From: Dictyostelium discoideum | Taxonomy: Eukaryota | Direction of reading: 5' to 3' | DNA: 64,000 nt | Assembly (NCBI GenBank): GCA_000004695.1 | Contig: CM000151.3 | Coordinates: 8,160,001-8,224,000 of the forward strand | Shown: piece by piece, positions 28,972-41,800 of the stretch | Position numbering within the stretch: the stretch's first letter is position 1 | Layout of the letters: each line of letters starts with the position of its first letter | Translations under genes and position numbers: made by a program | The notes under the pieces: model-generated | The model's database searches: none | Told to the model about the DNA's origin: nothing | The model's input: only the letters and a program-made list of their open reading frames with translations

Positions 28972-30749
28972 TTATGAAATTTCTTTAAAAACAATTCAAT
29001 AATTTCAATGAAATTATCTATATCAATAAAACCATTATCATGACAATAATATTGGATTTGTTGGTATATATCAAAGATTTCATCGGATTTCTCGGTATTG
29101 TTGTGTCGTATATTTAATTTTGTAATTGTTGAGATTGAATCCATACTATTTATAAAAAGTCTTAGTGATTTAAAACTTAATGAAAAAACATAAATTAAAA
29201 ATCTATGGTTGATATCAGTTTGTGAGAATAATTGAAGATTTAATTTGAAATTTGGTGGGATGATAATGTTTATTAAAAAATGTCTTAAAAATAGACACAA
29301 TTCACCACTAACTTCAAAACTTTTAAAACCATTATCATTTAAATAGTTTAAAACTTTCATTCCATCTTCATTTGTCATATTTGGTAAACCATTCTTTAAC
29401 AATAGACAAATGGTTTTATCTACTGAAGCTATTAAGTCCAATGAATCTATTTTTTTTAAAGTTTCAATATCACATTTTAAAATTGAATTAAAGTATAGCT
29501 CATTTCTTTGTTCATCCATATATATATCATCAACATAATATTTAAAATCGATAATTTCATTTGTAGTAGTATCTCTAATAACTTCACAATTATACATACT
29601 TTGAAATTGATTAAAAAATATTTTACTAAAATTAATTTTTAAATCTTTAATAAAAAATTCTAATAATGCCTTTTTTTCATTTCTTGCATAAATCAATTCT
29701 AATTGTTCTTGTAAATACTTGGTGTTAATTTCACTTTCTTTTTCACAACTATAAAATCTTATATATAAACTTGAAAGTGATAAAAGAGTTTCCATTGAGC
29801 AATCTGCCTTTATTTTAGAAATTATAGCATGTTTTTCATTTTCTGTATTACATATAACATTTAAATCAATTAACTTTTTAATTACTTTAAAAGAATTTAA
29901 AAACCTTGTACAATGATTTAATTCAATGAATTGGTAACCTTTTTGTTTTATAGGTTTCACTTGAGTTAATGCTTCGAAAAGTGATGGTCTGGGTGGTGGT
30001 GTAGGTGGTGGCTCTGTTGTTGGCGCTGAATAAAGAATTGGATTGTCTAATATGAATTCCATAAATTCCAATTCATTTGCAAGTGATAATGATGTAATTT
30101 TAAATTCATTTGTTATGAAATCAAAACCATAATTATCATTAATTAAAGCACGTGTTGAATTTAATAATTCTTTAACAATTGTCAAGTTTTTTGTTTTTTT
30201 AAATGCCAATTCAAAAGACGACTCTTTAACAAATAAATTGTATGGTTGATTCGTTAAAATTCTAAGTGCTTCAACATTTTCATATTCAATTGCTAATTCT
30301 GTTAAATCACAACATTCAAATTGATTTCTTTTATTTTTTAAAAGCAATTGAAATATTTCTATCAATTTTTGATTTTCAACTTTTTTTTGAACTTCAAATT
30401 GATTTTTCTTTTCAGTTTCTTTTAAATTTGATCTTTCAATAATTTTATCATCATCATATCTCTTTAAAAATAATAAAAAAAATGATTTAACTGATTCTTT
30501 TGTAATTTCAATATATTCATTTAATTTGATTTTTTCAATTAAGACTTCAAATAATTTATTTTTTATCATCAATTCAAATGAGTAGGTTTCTTTAATACTA
30601 CACTTATTGTCAATATTAATTTCAGATGGATCAATATATTGGACCCATTCTGTATTTTTAATAATATAAAAAATTTCATTAAATATATATTTATTTCTAA
30701 AAACTTTCCAAAATAAAAATTCTATTCTATCATTATTATCTTCATCCAT
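26997..30749 (-). CDS. Family copy A (divergent, inverted) of the tandem large-protein family, about 1250 aa
   Basis: Single ORF. The likely true start is MDEDNNDRIEFLFWKVFRNKYIFNEIF at 30749. The ORF-track upstream extension is translation of poly-T/A. It shares the N-terminal motif and the C-terminal block (...GDVELCDLILSYYPKQFKITTDAIS...) with the plus-strand copies. It contains a PPTPPPRP segment and a poly-Asn tract. Confidence 0.75.
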
Positions 30750-31280
30750 TTTCTTTGAGACTTGACTATTTGGTTTTTTTTTTTTTTTATTTTTTTTTTT
30801 GTTCGGCCGAATTGTAAAAAAAAAATTAAAAAAAATAAAAAATAAAACAAAATTAAAAAAAAGAAATAATTTGGAAAAAAAAAAAAAAAAAAAAAAAATT
30901 ATTTTATTTAACTTTTTAACCAAAGAAAAAAGGATAATTTATTTATTTTTTTTTTAATTTTTTTAAATTCATTTTTATACACACCCGGTGTGTTTTTTTT
31001 GCAGTCAAAAAAAAAAAAAAATTAATAAAAAAAAAAAAATCATTTATTTTTTGACTTAAAACATTTTTACTTTTTTCAGAAGTGTGCTACATCCAAAGGT
31101 TGTTTAAATCTCAAGCTAACAAATCTTTTATTGCATCTGGGTGTGTATAAAAATGTATTTATTATGCGCCATTTTTCAATAAAAATTTTGTTTTGGTAAT
31201 TTTCACCATGTTGTAAAAAAGTTAAAAAAAAAAAAATAAAAGTAAAAAAAAAAAAAAAAATAAAAAAAATAAAAAACCCA

Positions 31281-31316
<36 letters not shown>

Positions 31317-31421
31317 CCAAAATTCTTCTTAACATTACCATTTGAATTTGCTGTGTATTTTTACTGTTTTTACCTTTTTTTTTTTTTCCAACATATTTAT
31401 TATTTTTTTTTTTTTTTTAAA
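30750..31421. promoter_or_regulatory. Divergent (bidirectional) promoter region between inverted copy A and copy B, with palindromic G-box-like elements
   Basis: Contains the perfect 15-bp palindrome ACACACCCGGTGTGT (about 30979-30993) and its partner CTGGGTGTGTATA (31138-31150). Both are GT/CA-rich G-box-type motifs of the kind bound by Dictyostelium GBF. Also present are GCAGTC and CTGTGTATTTTTACTGTTTTTACC just upstream of the copy-B ATG. Confidence 0.4.
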
Positions 31422-33842
31422 ATGTGTGATAAAATAGAAATATTATTTTGGAAAGTTTTTAAAAATCAATATTTATTCAACGAGATATTTAATCAAATTC
31501 ACAACAATCAATGGATTGAATATGATGACCCAAATAAATATAATGTTTACAATAGAGGTAAATTTGGAGACACTCACTCTTTACTAATAATGTTAGAAAA
31601 TGATCTACTCCCATTAATTAAAGATAAAATCAAACATGGTGATCATATAGAAATTACTTATGATTCAATGTTGGAACTTTTCTCAAAATTATCAACAGAA
31701 CCTTCAATAAATAGTAATAAAAATAAAAATAAATATAAAGATGAAGATTATTTAAAAATTATTGAATTATTAATGAAACATAGAAGAGATGAATTTGAAG
31801 TTTTTGATTTAATAATGATGGCAGTATCCTCTCGTTCTCCAGATGTTATTAGATTATTAGTTAATGAACCATATTCAGTTATAATTTATCCAACAATGCT
31901 TGAAAATGCAATTATGTATTCAAATTTAGCAACAATCAAAGAACTAGTAAATTTAGAACCAATAAATTTTAAAAACTATGGTATTAAATTAATCAGTGAA
32001 GAATTTAAAAGAAAATCATTATCATTAGCAGCACACAGAGAAACTCTTAAAACTACAATCACTGAATACATTTTTAATAATCCATCATTATATTCAATGC
32101 CACCACCATTATCATTATTAAATATTCAAAAACAACAACATGGGCAACAAGGACGACAAACACAATCAACAAATAAAAGATTTAAAGTATCAGAAACTTT
32201 ACATTCAAATTTAAATAATAAAAAAAAAAAAAAAAATAACTATAATGATAATGATGATGATGATGAAGAAATAAAGTATGAATATATTGAATTTGAAGAA
32301 TTTATAAAATTAAAATCAACCAATTTATTAAAATCATTTATGGAATTAGATATAGTAGTTTTAAGTGAAACTAAACCAAATTTTAATTCATTTCTCAAAA
32401 TGTATCATACATATGAAAGATTACAGGTTGGTATTAAAATTATTCTAAAGTATGGAAATACAATTTCAGATATAAAAAAAAGAGAAGAAATTTTAAAAGA
32501 AATCAATAAAATTGATAGAAATAATAAAAGAGGTTTTAATAAATTAAAAGAATTGAGAAAATTAGTAGCAATAGAATTCCCAAATCAAACAAACTTTTAT
32601 TTCTATTATTGGAAAGCATATCGTGAGAATATTAAAAAACTTGGTAAAGTTCCTAAAAAATCAGGTTATCCAGGTAATATACAAATGTTTGGACACCCTC
32701 TTTTACAAGATGAATTAGTCAATAATCAAATCAATACTCAAGGAGGTGATGGAAATATAGAACAAGTAGAATTATTATCATATATTACATATTCAGATAA
32801 TGAAAGTGATAATGAAGTTGAAGAAGAAGAAGAAGAAGACATAATAAATGAAAAGGAATTATTTAATTTATCTAATAGACTTAGAAAAGCAACTATTTTT
32901 GATATATCCAATAGGTATTCAGATTTACTCAATTCATATTTAAAAGCAATTAAAGAATGTAATATTGAAAAGCTAGAAGAGATTGATACAAATAATCCAA
33001 TGTTTAAATTAGATGTTTCAAAATATCATTGTTTTCAATTACCAAATGAAAAAGAAGATATAATGAAAATTTGGTATTACTTTAATAAACACTCCTTTAA
33101 ACAAATGATACCAAATTATGATATTCTCATTGAATTCCTTTCAAGTGTAACTAATATTATTCCACCTTTTGAATTGAAAATATCTAATATTAAAGACCCA
33201 CTATTTGGAAAGCTTGGAACATTTCTAACACATCAATTATATAAAAAGAATTTTAATGTAATTGAATTATTATTAAATAGTTTTGATAATTTTAGTTTTA
33301 CACATCAACCAGAACAAATATCAGCCATTATAGATAAAGAGAGAGTTTTATTTCATATTAATGGTGAATTACCCCAAGTTGATAAAAAGTTTAGTTTTCA
33401 AATAATTAGAATAATTGAATTGATAATGGACAAGTTTAATAAACTCACTAAAGATCAAAATGGTTTTGAAAATATTTCGACAACATATCGTCTCATTTTA
33501 AATAATTTATATGATCAATTACTTAAAGTTAAAGGTTTAACAATCGATCAATTAGAATATGTTAGATCAATTATTCCTCAACAATTATTTAATAATAATA
33601 GTTTTGAAACCTATCGTATCTTTTTCTATCTTAATATCAGATCTTCAAAATTAACAAAATACATAATTGAAAGACCTGGAATTCCAGATTTTATTCAAAA
33701 TTCAACTGAACTCCTTTATAATCATTTCTACGATACTATTGGACCAATTTCAAATGAAATTATTGGTTTCGATTTAAGAAAATATTTGAATTATGATTTA
33801 TTCACATATGATTATATATTAGGTAGAGAATCAAATCAATAC

Positions 33843-33907
<65 letters not shown>

Positions 33908-35405
33908 TAGAGGTAGTGGTAGTAGTGGTGGTGATGATGATAGCAATTACAATAATAAGAAATACATAACTCAATTCGATACAATATTAAAAGAATTAAT
34001 TAAACAATTATCATTCAATATTTGTACAAACGTTAGTAATAGAGATGAAATTGTTGATGGTAAAGATTTCTTTAATCATTCATTAAATGAAGATTTAAAA
34101 TTCAGTTTAGATATTGGTAGAAAAGATTTATTTTGGGAATTATTAGATTGGATTCAACAATATATGATTAAAAATGAAAATTTAATGAAGCATCGAGTTT
34201 ATCAATTTAATTCACCATATGAATCATTATTACCAACTGGTACAATATTTTCAAATGTAAAAATAATAAAAAAAGAATTACCATCACCATCAACAACAAC
34301 AATTGAAAGCACTTTTTTAAAAATTGATAATTTTGAAAAACCAATACCAAATGAATCAACGATTAAAGTTAATTGGAATTCAGATAAATTAATTCAACCA
34401 TTCAAACCAATTTCAAAACTAATAAATTCATTTAAATATTCAGAGGAAGTTATGGATTCAATTTGTAAAGTAATGAATGTAAATGAAATTCAAAGATTTA
34501 TTCAATATAATTTCTTTGTATCGTTTTTTCAAAATGAAATTTATTCATTTTCATTATTTTATAGTAGAGAAGATTTAATATTATTCCTATTAAATAATTA
34601 TAATATTGATATTGATCTTCATTTCCCATTATTCAAACCAGATAGAGGACATTCACAATATTTAGAATGTAAATTCATCTTTGAAAATCATTTTGAAAAA
34701 GTAAAGAATATTTCAAAATTAAATTTAAAACAAAAATGGTTCGAGCTTCGTTGTTTACAATTCCCATTGGTTTTATTAAATTCTTTTTTTAAATACATTT
34801 GTAAAGAAAAGAATATCACAAGATATAATCAATTCATTCAAAATGATAATTTACAAATTAGAAAACAAGTAATTAAAAAAACAATTGAAATATTAATTGA
34901 TCAATTCTTATCAAGTACAGATAATAATGATGATGATGAAGATGAAGATGAAGATGAAGATCCTAATCAGAATTTTGCATATATATTAAAAAATCAAAAT
35001 CATAAAGTTTTACTCATTCAATCAATTATTGAACAATCAGATACTCAATTATACTTTAAATCAGCTTTAGATCAAATTTTATTGAGAATAGAAGAGAAAA
35101 GTTATGAAATTAATTCTCCATTCAATGAAAATCTTGAAAATCCATTTTTAGAATCTTTTATTTATGGGGATATTAAAACTTGTAATATCATTCTCAAGTA
35201 TTATCCAAATCAATTCAAAATCACAAAAGATTCAATCACTAAAACATTGGAAAAGGAAAAAATTAATATTATTAAATATTATTATAAAGTTGAAAATTGT
35301 AAAAATTTAATTAATAATTTTAAAAATGATAATAATTTATTAAAACATTTAAAAAATGAATTATTAAATCATCCAATGTATAAATATCATTTAACTTGGT
35401 TATAA
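31422..35405 (+). CDS. Family copy B, 1327 aa, intronless
   Basis: Starts MCDKIEILFWKVFKNQYLFNEIFNQIHNNQW and ends ...YKYHLTWL*. It carries a (AGT)n poly-Ser tract around 33843-33930 and an acidic Asp/Glu tract. Confidence 0.8.
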
Positions 35406-35589
35406 AAAAAAATAAAAAACAATTAAAAAAACAATTAAATAAAAAAAAAAAAAAAAAAAACAAAATATAACGTATATTTTGATTTGTTTCCCATTATATA
35501 ATAATACCAACAACAACCAACAATAATAATTAATAAAAATTTATATTATTGTTCACTAAAAGTTAAATTGTTTATTTTTTTTGCTTTTT

Positions 35590-36110
35590 AGTTTTTGTGA
35601 TAGATACTGTAACTGATAACTGGTAGAGTTCCGGTGTTTCATGTGTATCGGTAGTGGTAACGGATACAAAAGTGGTAGTTATTCATCGTCACTCTCATCA
35701 TTTTCTTCTTCTTTGGATTCACTTTCTCCTTCTGAATCTGTTAGCCCAGTTGTTTCAATTTCTACATCCACACCCCTTGGCACGTCACATTATCTGTACG
35801 AGTCTATTTATCTCGGGGAATCTATCCTGGTCAAATAATTTATCATCGTATAAGAAGGGGCCAAGTTTTTTAAGGTTTTCTACTGAAAAGCAGTCGTGTC
35901 CGCATCCACCCACTTTTCTCAACATGATTTTTGTGTTTGAGGTGTGTAAAAATAAAAAAATAAAAAATAAATTAAAATAAAAAATAAATTAAAAAAATAA
36001 AAAATAAATTTATCAAAAGATACCGAAGTTAAAAAGAATCTTCTGTCAGTTTTTGGGGTGGTATCTATCCAGATTCCAATGGTGATTATCATTAACCACA
36101 ATTAATTATC
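35590..36110. other. Anomalous relatively GC-rich (about 40% GC) unique island abutting the truncation point of pseudogene copy C
   Basis: The sequence GTGATAGATACTGTAACTGATAACTGGTAGAGTTCCGGTGTTTCATGTGTATCGGTAGTGGTAACGGATAC...CCGCATCCACCCACTTTTCTCAACATG is unlike the surrounding AT-rich spacer and unlike the family genes. ORFs in it have non-Dictyostelium codon usage (CTG, GGG, ACG). Confidence 0.4.
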
Positions 36111-36269
36111 GTTAAAAAAGTGATATTTTATTTTATTTTATTTTTTTCCACCCAATTAAATAACTTTTTTTTTGATCAAAGAAAAAATGATAATTTGGTT
36201 CATTTATTTTTTTATTTTTTTATTTTTTTATTTTTTCAAAAATTTTTGGGTGGCAAAAATAAAATTTCA

Positions 36270-38614
36270 ATTACCAAATGAAAAAGAAGATATAATTAAA
36301 ATTTGGGAATACTTTAATAAACACTCCTTTAAACAAATGATACCAAATTATGATATTCTCATTGAATTCCTTTCAAGTGTAACAAATATTATTCCACCTT
36401 TAGAATTGAAAATATCTAATATTAAAGAGCCACTATCTGGAAAACTTGGAACAATTCTATTAATGCAATTATATAAAAAGAATTTAAATGTAATTGAATT
36501 ATTATTAAAAAGTTTTGATAATTTTAATTTTATACATCAACCAGAACAAATGTCAGCTATTGTAGATAAAGAGAGAAATTTATTTCATATTTCTGGCGAA
36601 TTATTCCAAGTTGATAAAAAGTTTAGTTTTCAAATAATCAGAATAATTAAATTGATAATGGACAAGTTTAATAAACTCACTAAAGATCAAATCAATATTG
36701 AAAATATTTCAACAACAACATATCGCCTCTTTTTAAATTATTTATATGATCAATTACTTAGAGTTAAAGGTTTGACAATTGATCAATTAGAATATGTTAG
36801 ATCAATTATTCCTGAACAATTATTAAATAATAATTTTGAAACCTATCGTATCTTTTTCTATCTTAATATCAGATCTTCAAAATTATCAAATTACCTAATC
36901 AAAAGACCTGGAATTACATATTTTATTCGAAATTCAACTGAACTCCTTTATAATAATTTCTACAATACTGCTGAACCAATTACAGATGAAATTATTGGTT
37001 TTGATTTAAGAAAATATTTAAATTTTGAATTATTCACATATGATTATATATTAGGTAGAGAATTAAATCAATATAATAATAGTGGTTGTAGTGGTTGTAG
37101 TGGTTGTAGTAGTAGTAGTAGTAGTAGCAGTAGTAGTGGCGGTGATGATGGTAGAAAAAATAATAAAAAGTATATAACTCAATTCGATACAATATTAAAA
37201 GAATTAATTAAACAATTATCATTCAATATTTGTACCAACTTTAGTGATAGAGATGAAATTGTTTATGGTAAAGATTTCTTTAATCATTCATTAAATGCAG
37301 ATTTTAAATTCAGTTTAGATATTGGTAGAAAAGATTTATTTTGGGAATTATTGATTGGATTCAACAATATATGATTAAAAATGAAAATTTAATGAAACTT
37401 CAAGTTTATCAATTCAATTCACCATATGAATCATTATTACCAACTGGTACAATATTTTCAAATGTAAAAATAATAAAAAAAGAATTACCATCACCATCAA
37501 CAACAACAACAACAATTGAAAGAACTTTTTTAAAAATTGATAATTTTGAAAAACCAATACCTAATAAATCAACGATTAAAGTTAATTGGAATTCAGATAA
37601 ATTAATTCAACTATTCAAACCAATTTCAAAACTTATAAATTCATTTAAATATTCAGATGGTGTTATGGAATCAATTTGTAGAGTAATGAATGTAAATGAA
37701 ATTCAAAGATTTATTCAATATAATTTCTGTGAATCATTTTTTCAAAATGAAATTTATACATATTCAGTATTTTTTAGTAGAGATGATTTAATGTCATTCC
37801 TATTAAATAATTTTAATATTGATATTGATCTTCATTTCCCATCATTTGAACCAAATAGAGGATATTCACAATATTTAGAATGAAAATTCATCTTTGAAAA
37901 TCATTTTGAAAAAGTAAAGAATATTTCAAAAATTAATAACAACCAAAAACAGTTCAAAAGTCGTTGTTTACAATTCCCATTGGTTTTATTAAATTCTTTT
38001 TCTAAATACATTTGTAAAGAAAAGAATATCACAAGATATAATCAATTCATTCAAAATGATAATTTACAAATTAGAAAACAAGTAATTAAAAAAACAATTG
38101 AAATATTAATTGATCAATTCTTATTAAGTGCAGATAATAATGATTATTATGATGATTACGATGATGATGATCAGAATTTTGCATCTATATTAAAAAATAA
38201 AAAACATAAAGTTTCACTCATTCAATCAATTATTGAACAATCCGATACTCAACTATACTTTAAATCAGCTTTAGATCAAATTTTAACGATAGTAGAAGAG
38301 AAAAGAAAATTTATGAAATTAATTCTCCATTCAATGAAAATCCTAGAAATCCATTCTTACAATCTTTTATTTTTGGTGATATTAAAACTTGTAATATCAT
38401 TCTTAAATATTATCCAAATCAATTCAAAATCACTAAAGATTCAATCACTGAAACATTAAAAATGGAAAATATTAATATTATTAAATATTTTTATAAAGTT
38501 GAAAATTGTAAAAATTTAATTAATAATTTTAAAAATGATAATAATTTATTAAAACATTTAAAAAACGAATTGTCAAAACATCCAATGTATAAATATCATT
38601 TAACTTGGTTATAA
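36270..38614 (+). pseudogene. Family copy C: 5'-truncated pseudogene (homology starts at the equivalent of copy-B residue about 550) with at least two frameshifts and an in-frame TGA
   Basis: Homology to copies B/D begins abruptly at ...FQLPNEKEDII. The reading frame is broken near 37370 (one-base deletion relative to paralogs in LLDWIQQYM) and by TGA at 37881-37883 where paralogs have TGT. There is a further frameshift near 38300-38340. The ORF track shows it as 3 separate fragments, and the terminal ...HLTWL* is retained. Confidence 0.75.
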
Positions 38615-38673
38615 AAAAAAATAATAAAAACAATTAAAATAACAATTAAATAAAAATAGTCCTATTTGTTTAG

Positions 38674-38704
<31 letters not shown>

Positions 38705-38850
38705 TATATTGTAAAAACACTAGTGTTTAAAAGTTAATTTTATAGGTCAATTTTTTTTTTTTTAATTTTATTTTTTATTTTTTATTTTCATTTTTTTTTT
38801 TTTTTTTTCTAATTTTTCATTTTCATTTTTATTATTTTTTTTTTTTTAAA

Positions 38851-41800
38851 ATGAGTGATAAAACAGAAATATTATTTTGGAAAGTTTTTAAAAATCAATA
38901 TTTATTCAACAAGATATTTAATCAAATTCACAACAATGAATGGATTGAATATGATGAACCAAATAAATATAATGTTTACAATAGATGTAAATTTGGAGAC
39001 ACTCACTCTTTGGTAATAATGATAAAAAATGATCTACTCCCATTAATTAAAGATAAAATCAAACATGGTGATCATATAGAAATTAATACTTTTTCAATAA
39101 AAGATCTTTTCTCAAAATTATCAACAGACCCATTAATTGATAATAAAAATAAAAATAAAAATAAATATAAAGATGAAGATTATTTAGAAATTATTGAATT
39201 ATTAATGAAAAATAGAAGAGATGATTTTGAAATTACTGATTTAATATGTATAGCAGCAGCCACTCGTTCTCCAGATGTTATTAGATTATTAGTTAATGAA
39301 CCATATTCAGTTGTAATTTATCCAAAAATATTTGAATTTGCAATTATGTATTCAAATTTAGCAACAATCAAAGAACTAATAAATTTAGAATCAATAAATT
39401 TTAAAAACTATGGTATTAAATTAATCAGTGAAGAATTTAAAAGAAAATCATTATCATTAGCAGTACATAGAACAACTCTTAAAACTACAATCACTGAATA
39501 CATTTTTAATAACCCATCATTATATTCAATACCACCACCATTATCATTATTAAATAATCAACAAAAACAAGAGCAACAAACACAATCAACAAATAAAAAA
39601 TTAAAAACATTTGAAACTTTACATCCAAATTTAAAAAATAACAGCAATAATAATAATAATAATGATAATGAAGAAATAAAGTACGAATATATTAAATTTA
39701 AAGATTTTATAAAATTAAAATCAAGTAATTTATTAAAATCATTTATGAAATTAGATATAGTAGTTTTAAGTGAAACTAAAACAAATTTTAATTCATTTCT
39801 TAAAATGTATCATCCATATGAAAGATTACAAGTTGGTATTAAAATTATTCTAAAGTATGATAATACAATTTCAGATATAAAAAAAAGAGAAGAAATTTTA
39901 GAAGAAATCAATAAAATTGATAGAAGTAATGAAACAGGTTTTAATAAATTAAAAGAATTGAGAAAATTAGTAGCAATAGAATTCCCAAATCAAATAAACT
40001 TTTATTTCTTTTATTGGAAAGCATATCGTGAGAAAATTAAAAAACTTGGTAAAGTTCCTTATAAATCAGGTTCTCATATTAATACACAAACTTTTGGACA
40101 CCTTCTTTTACAAGATGAATTAACCAATTATCAAACCAATACTCAAAAAGGTGATAAAAATATAGAACAAGTAGAATTATTATCATATATTACATATTCA
40201 GATAGTGAAAGTGAAAATGAAGTCGAAGAAGACACAATAATTGAAAAGGAATTATCTAATTTCTCTAATAGATTTAGAAATGCAACAGTTTTTGATATAT
40301 CAAATAGGTATTCAAATTTACTCAATTCATATTTAAAAGCAATTAAAGAATGTAATATTGAAAAATTAGAAAGGATTGATACAAATAATCCAATGTTTAA
40401 ATTAGATGTTTCAAAATATCATTGTTTTCAATTACCAAATGAAAAAGAAGATATAATGAAAATTTGGGAATACTTTAATAAACACTCCTTTAAACAAATG
40501 ATACCAAATTATGATATTCTCATTGAATTCCTTTCAAGTGTAACAAATATTATTCCACCTTTTGAATTGAAAATTTCAAATATTAAAGAGCCACTATCTG
40601 GTAAACTTGGAACAATTCTATTATGGCAATTATATAAAAAGAATTTTAATATAACGGAATTATTATTAAATAGTTTTGATAATTTTAATTTTATATATCA
40701 ACCAGAACAAATGTCAGCCATGGTAGATAAAGAGAGAGTTTTATTTCTTCGTAATGGTGAATTATTCCAAATTGATAAAAAGTTTAGTTTTCAAATAATC
40801 AGAATAATTAAATTGGTAATGGACAAGTTTAATAAACTCACTAAAGATCAAATCAATATTGAAAATATTTCAACAACAACATATCGTCTCATTTTAAATA
40901 ATTTATACGATCAATTACTTAGAGTTAAAGGTTTAACAATCGATCAATTAGAATATGTTAGATCAATTATTCCTGAACAATTATTTAATAATAATAGTTT
41001 TGAAACCTATCGTATCTTTTTCTATCTTAATATCAGATCTTCAAAATTAACAAATTACATAACCAAGAGACCTGGAATTACAAGTTTTATTGATAATTCA
41101 ATTGCATTCTCTAATCATTTCTACAATAGTACTGAACCAGTTACAAATGAAATTATTGGTTTTGATTTAAGAAAATATTTAAATTTTGAATTATTCACAT
41201 ATGATTATATATTAGGTAGAGAATCAAATCGATATAGTAGTGGTTTTAGTGGTGGTGGTAGTAGTAGTGGTTATGATGATGGTAGCAAAAATAATAATAA
41301 AAAGTACATAACTCAAGTAGATACAATATTAAAAGAATTAATTAAACAATTATCATTCAATATTTGTACAAACGTTAATAATAGAGATAATATTGTTAAG
41401 GGTGATGATTTCTTTAAACATTCATTAAATGCAGATTTAAGATTCAGTTTAGATATTGGTAGAAAAGATTTATTTTGGGAATTATTAGATTGGATTCAAC
41501 AATATATGATTAAAAATGAAAACTTAATGAAACTTCAAGTTTATCAATTTAATTCACCATATGAATCATTATTACCAACTGGTACAATATTTTCAAATGT
41601 AAAAATAATAAAAAAAGAATTACCATCACCACCAAAAGCAGCAACAGAAACAATAACAACAATTGAAAGTACTTTTTTAAAAATTGATAATTTTGAAAAA
41701 CCAATACCAAATGAATCATCAGTTAAAATCGATTGGAATTCAGATAAATTAATTGAAGCATTCAAACCAGTTTCAAAACTAATAAATTCATTTAAATATT

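Noticed and set aside
30750-30923. ORF-track N-terminal extensions of family copies A, B, E and G (MVKKLNKIIFFFF..., MYFYCFYLFFFF..., MFTNTFLPFLILH..., MKKKKKKKKKKKILK...)
   Set aside because: These are translations of poly-T/poly-A promoter DNA before the conserved MxDKxEILFWKVF start. Internal ATGs at 30749, 31422, 44055 and 54671 align with the ATG of copies D and H, so the extensions are not coding.
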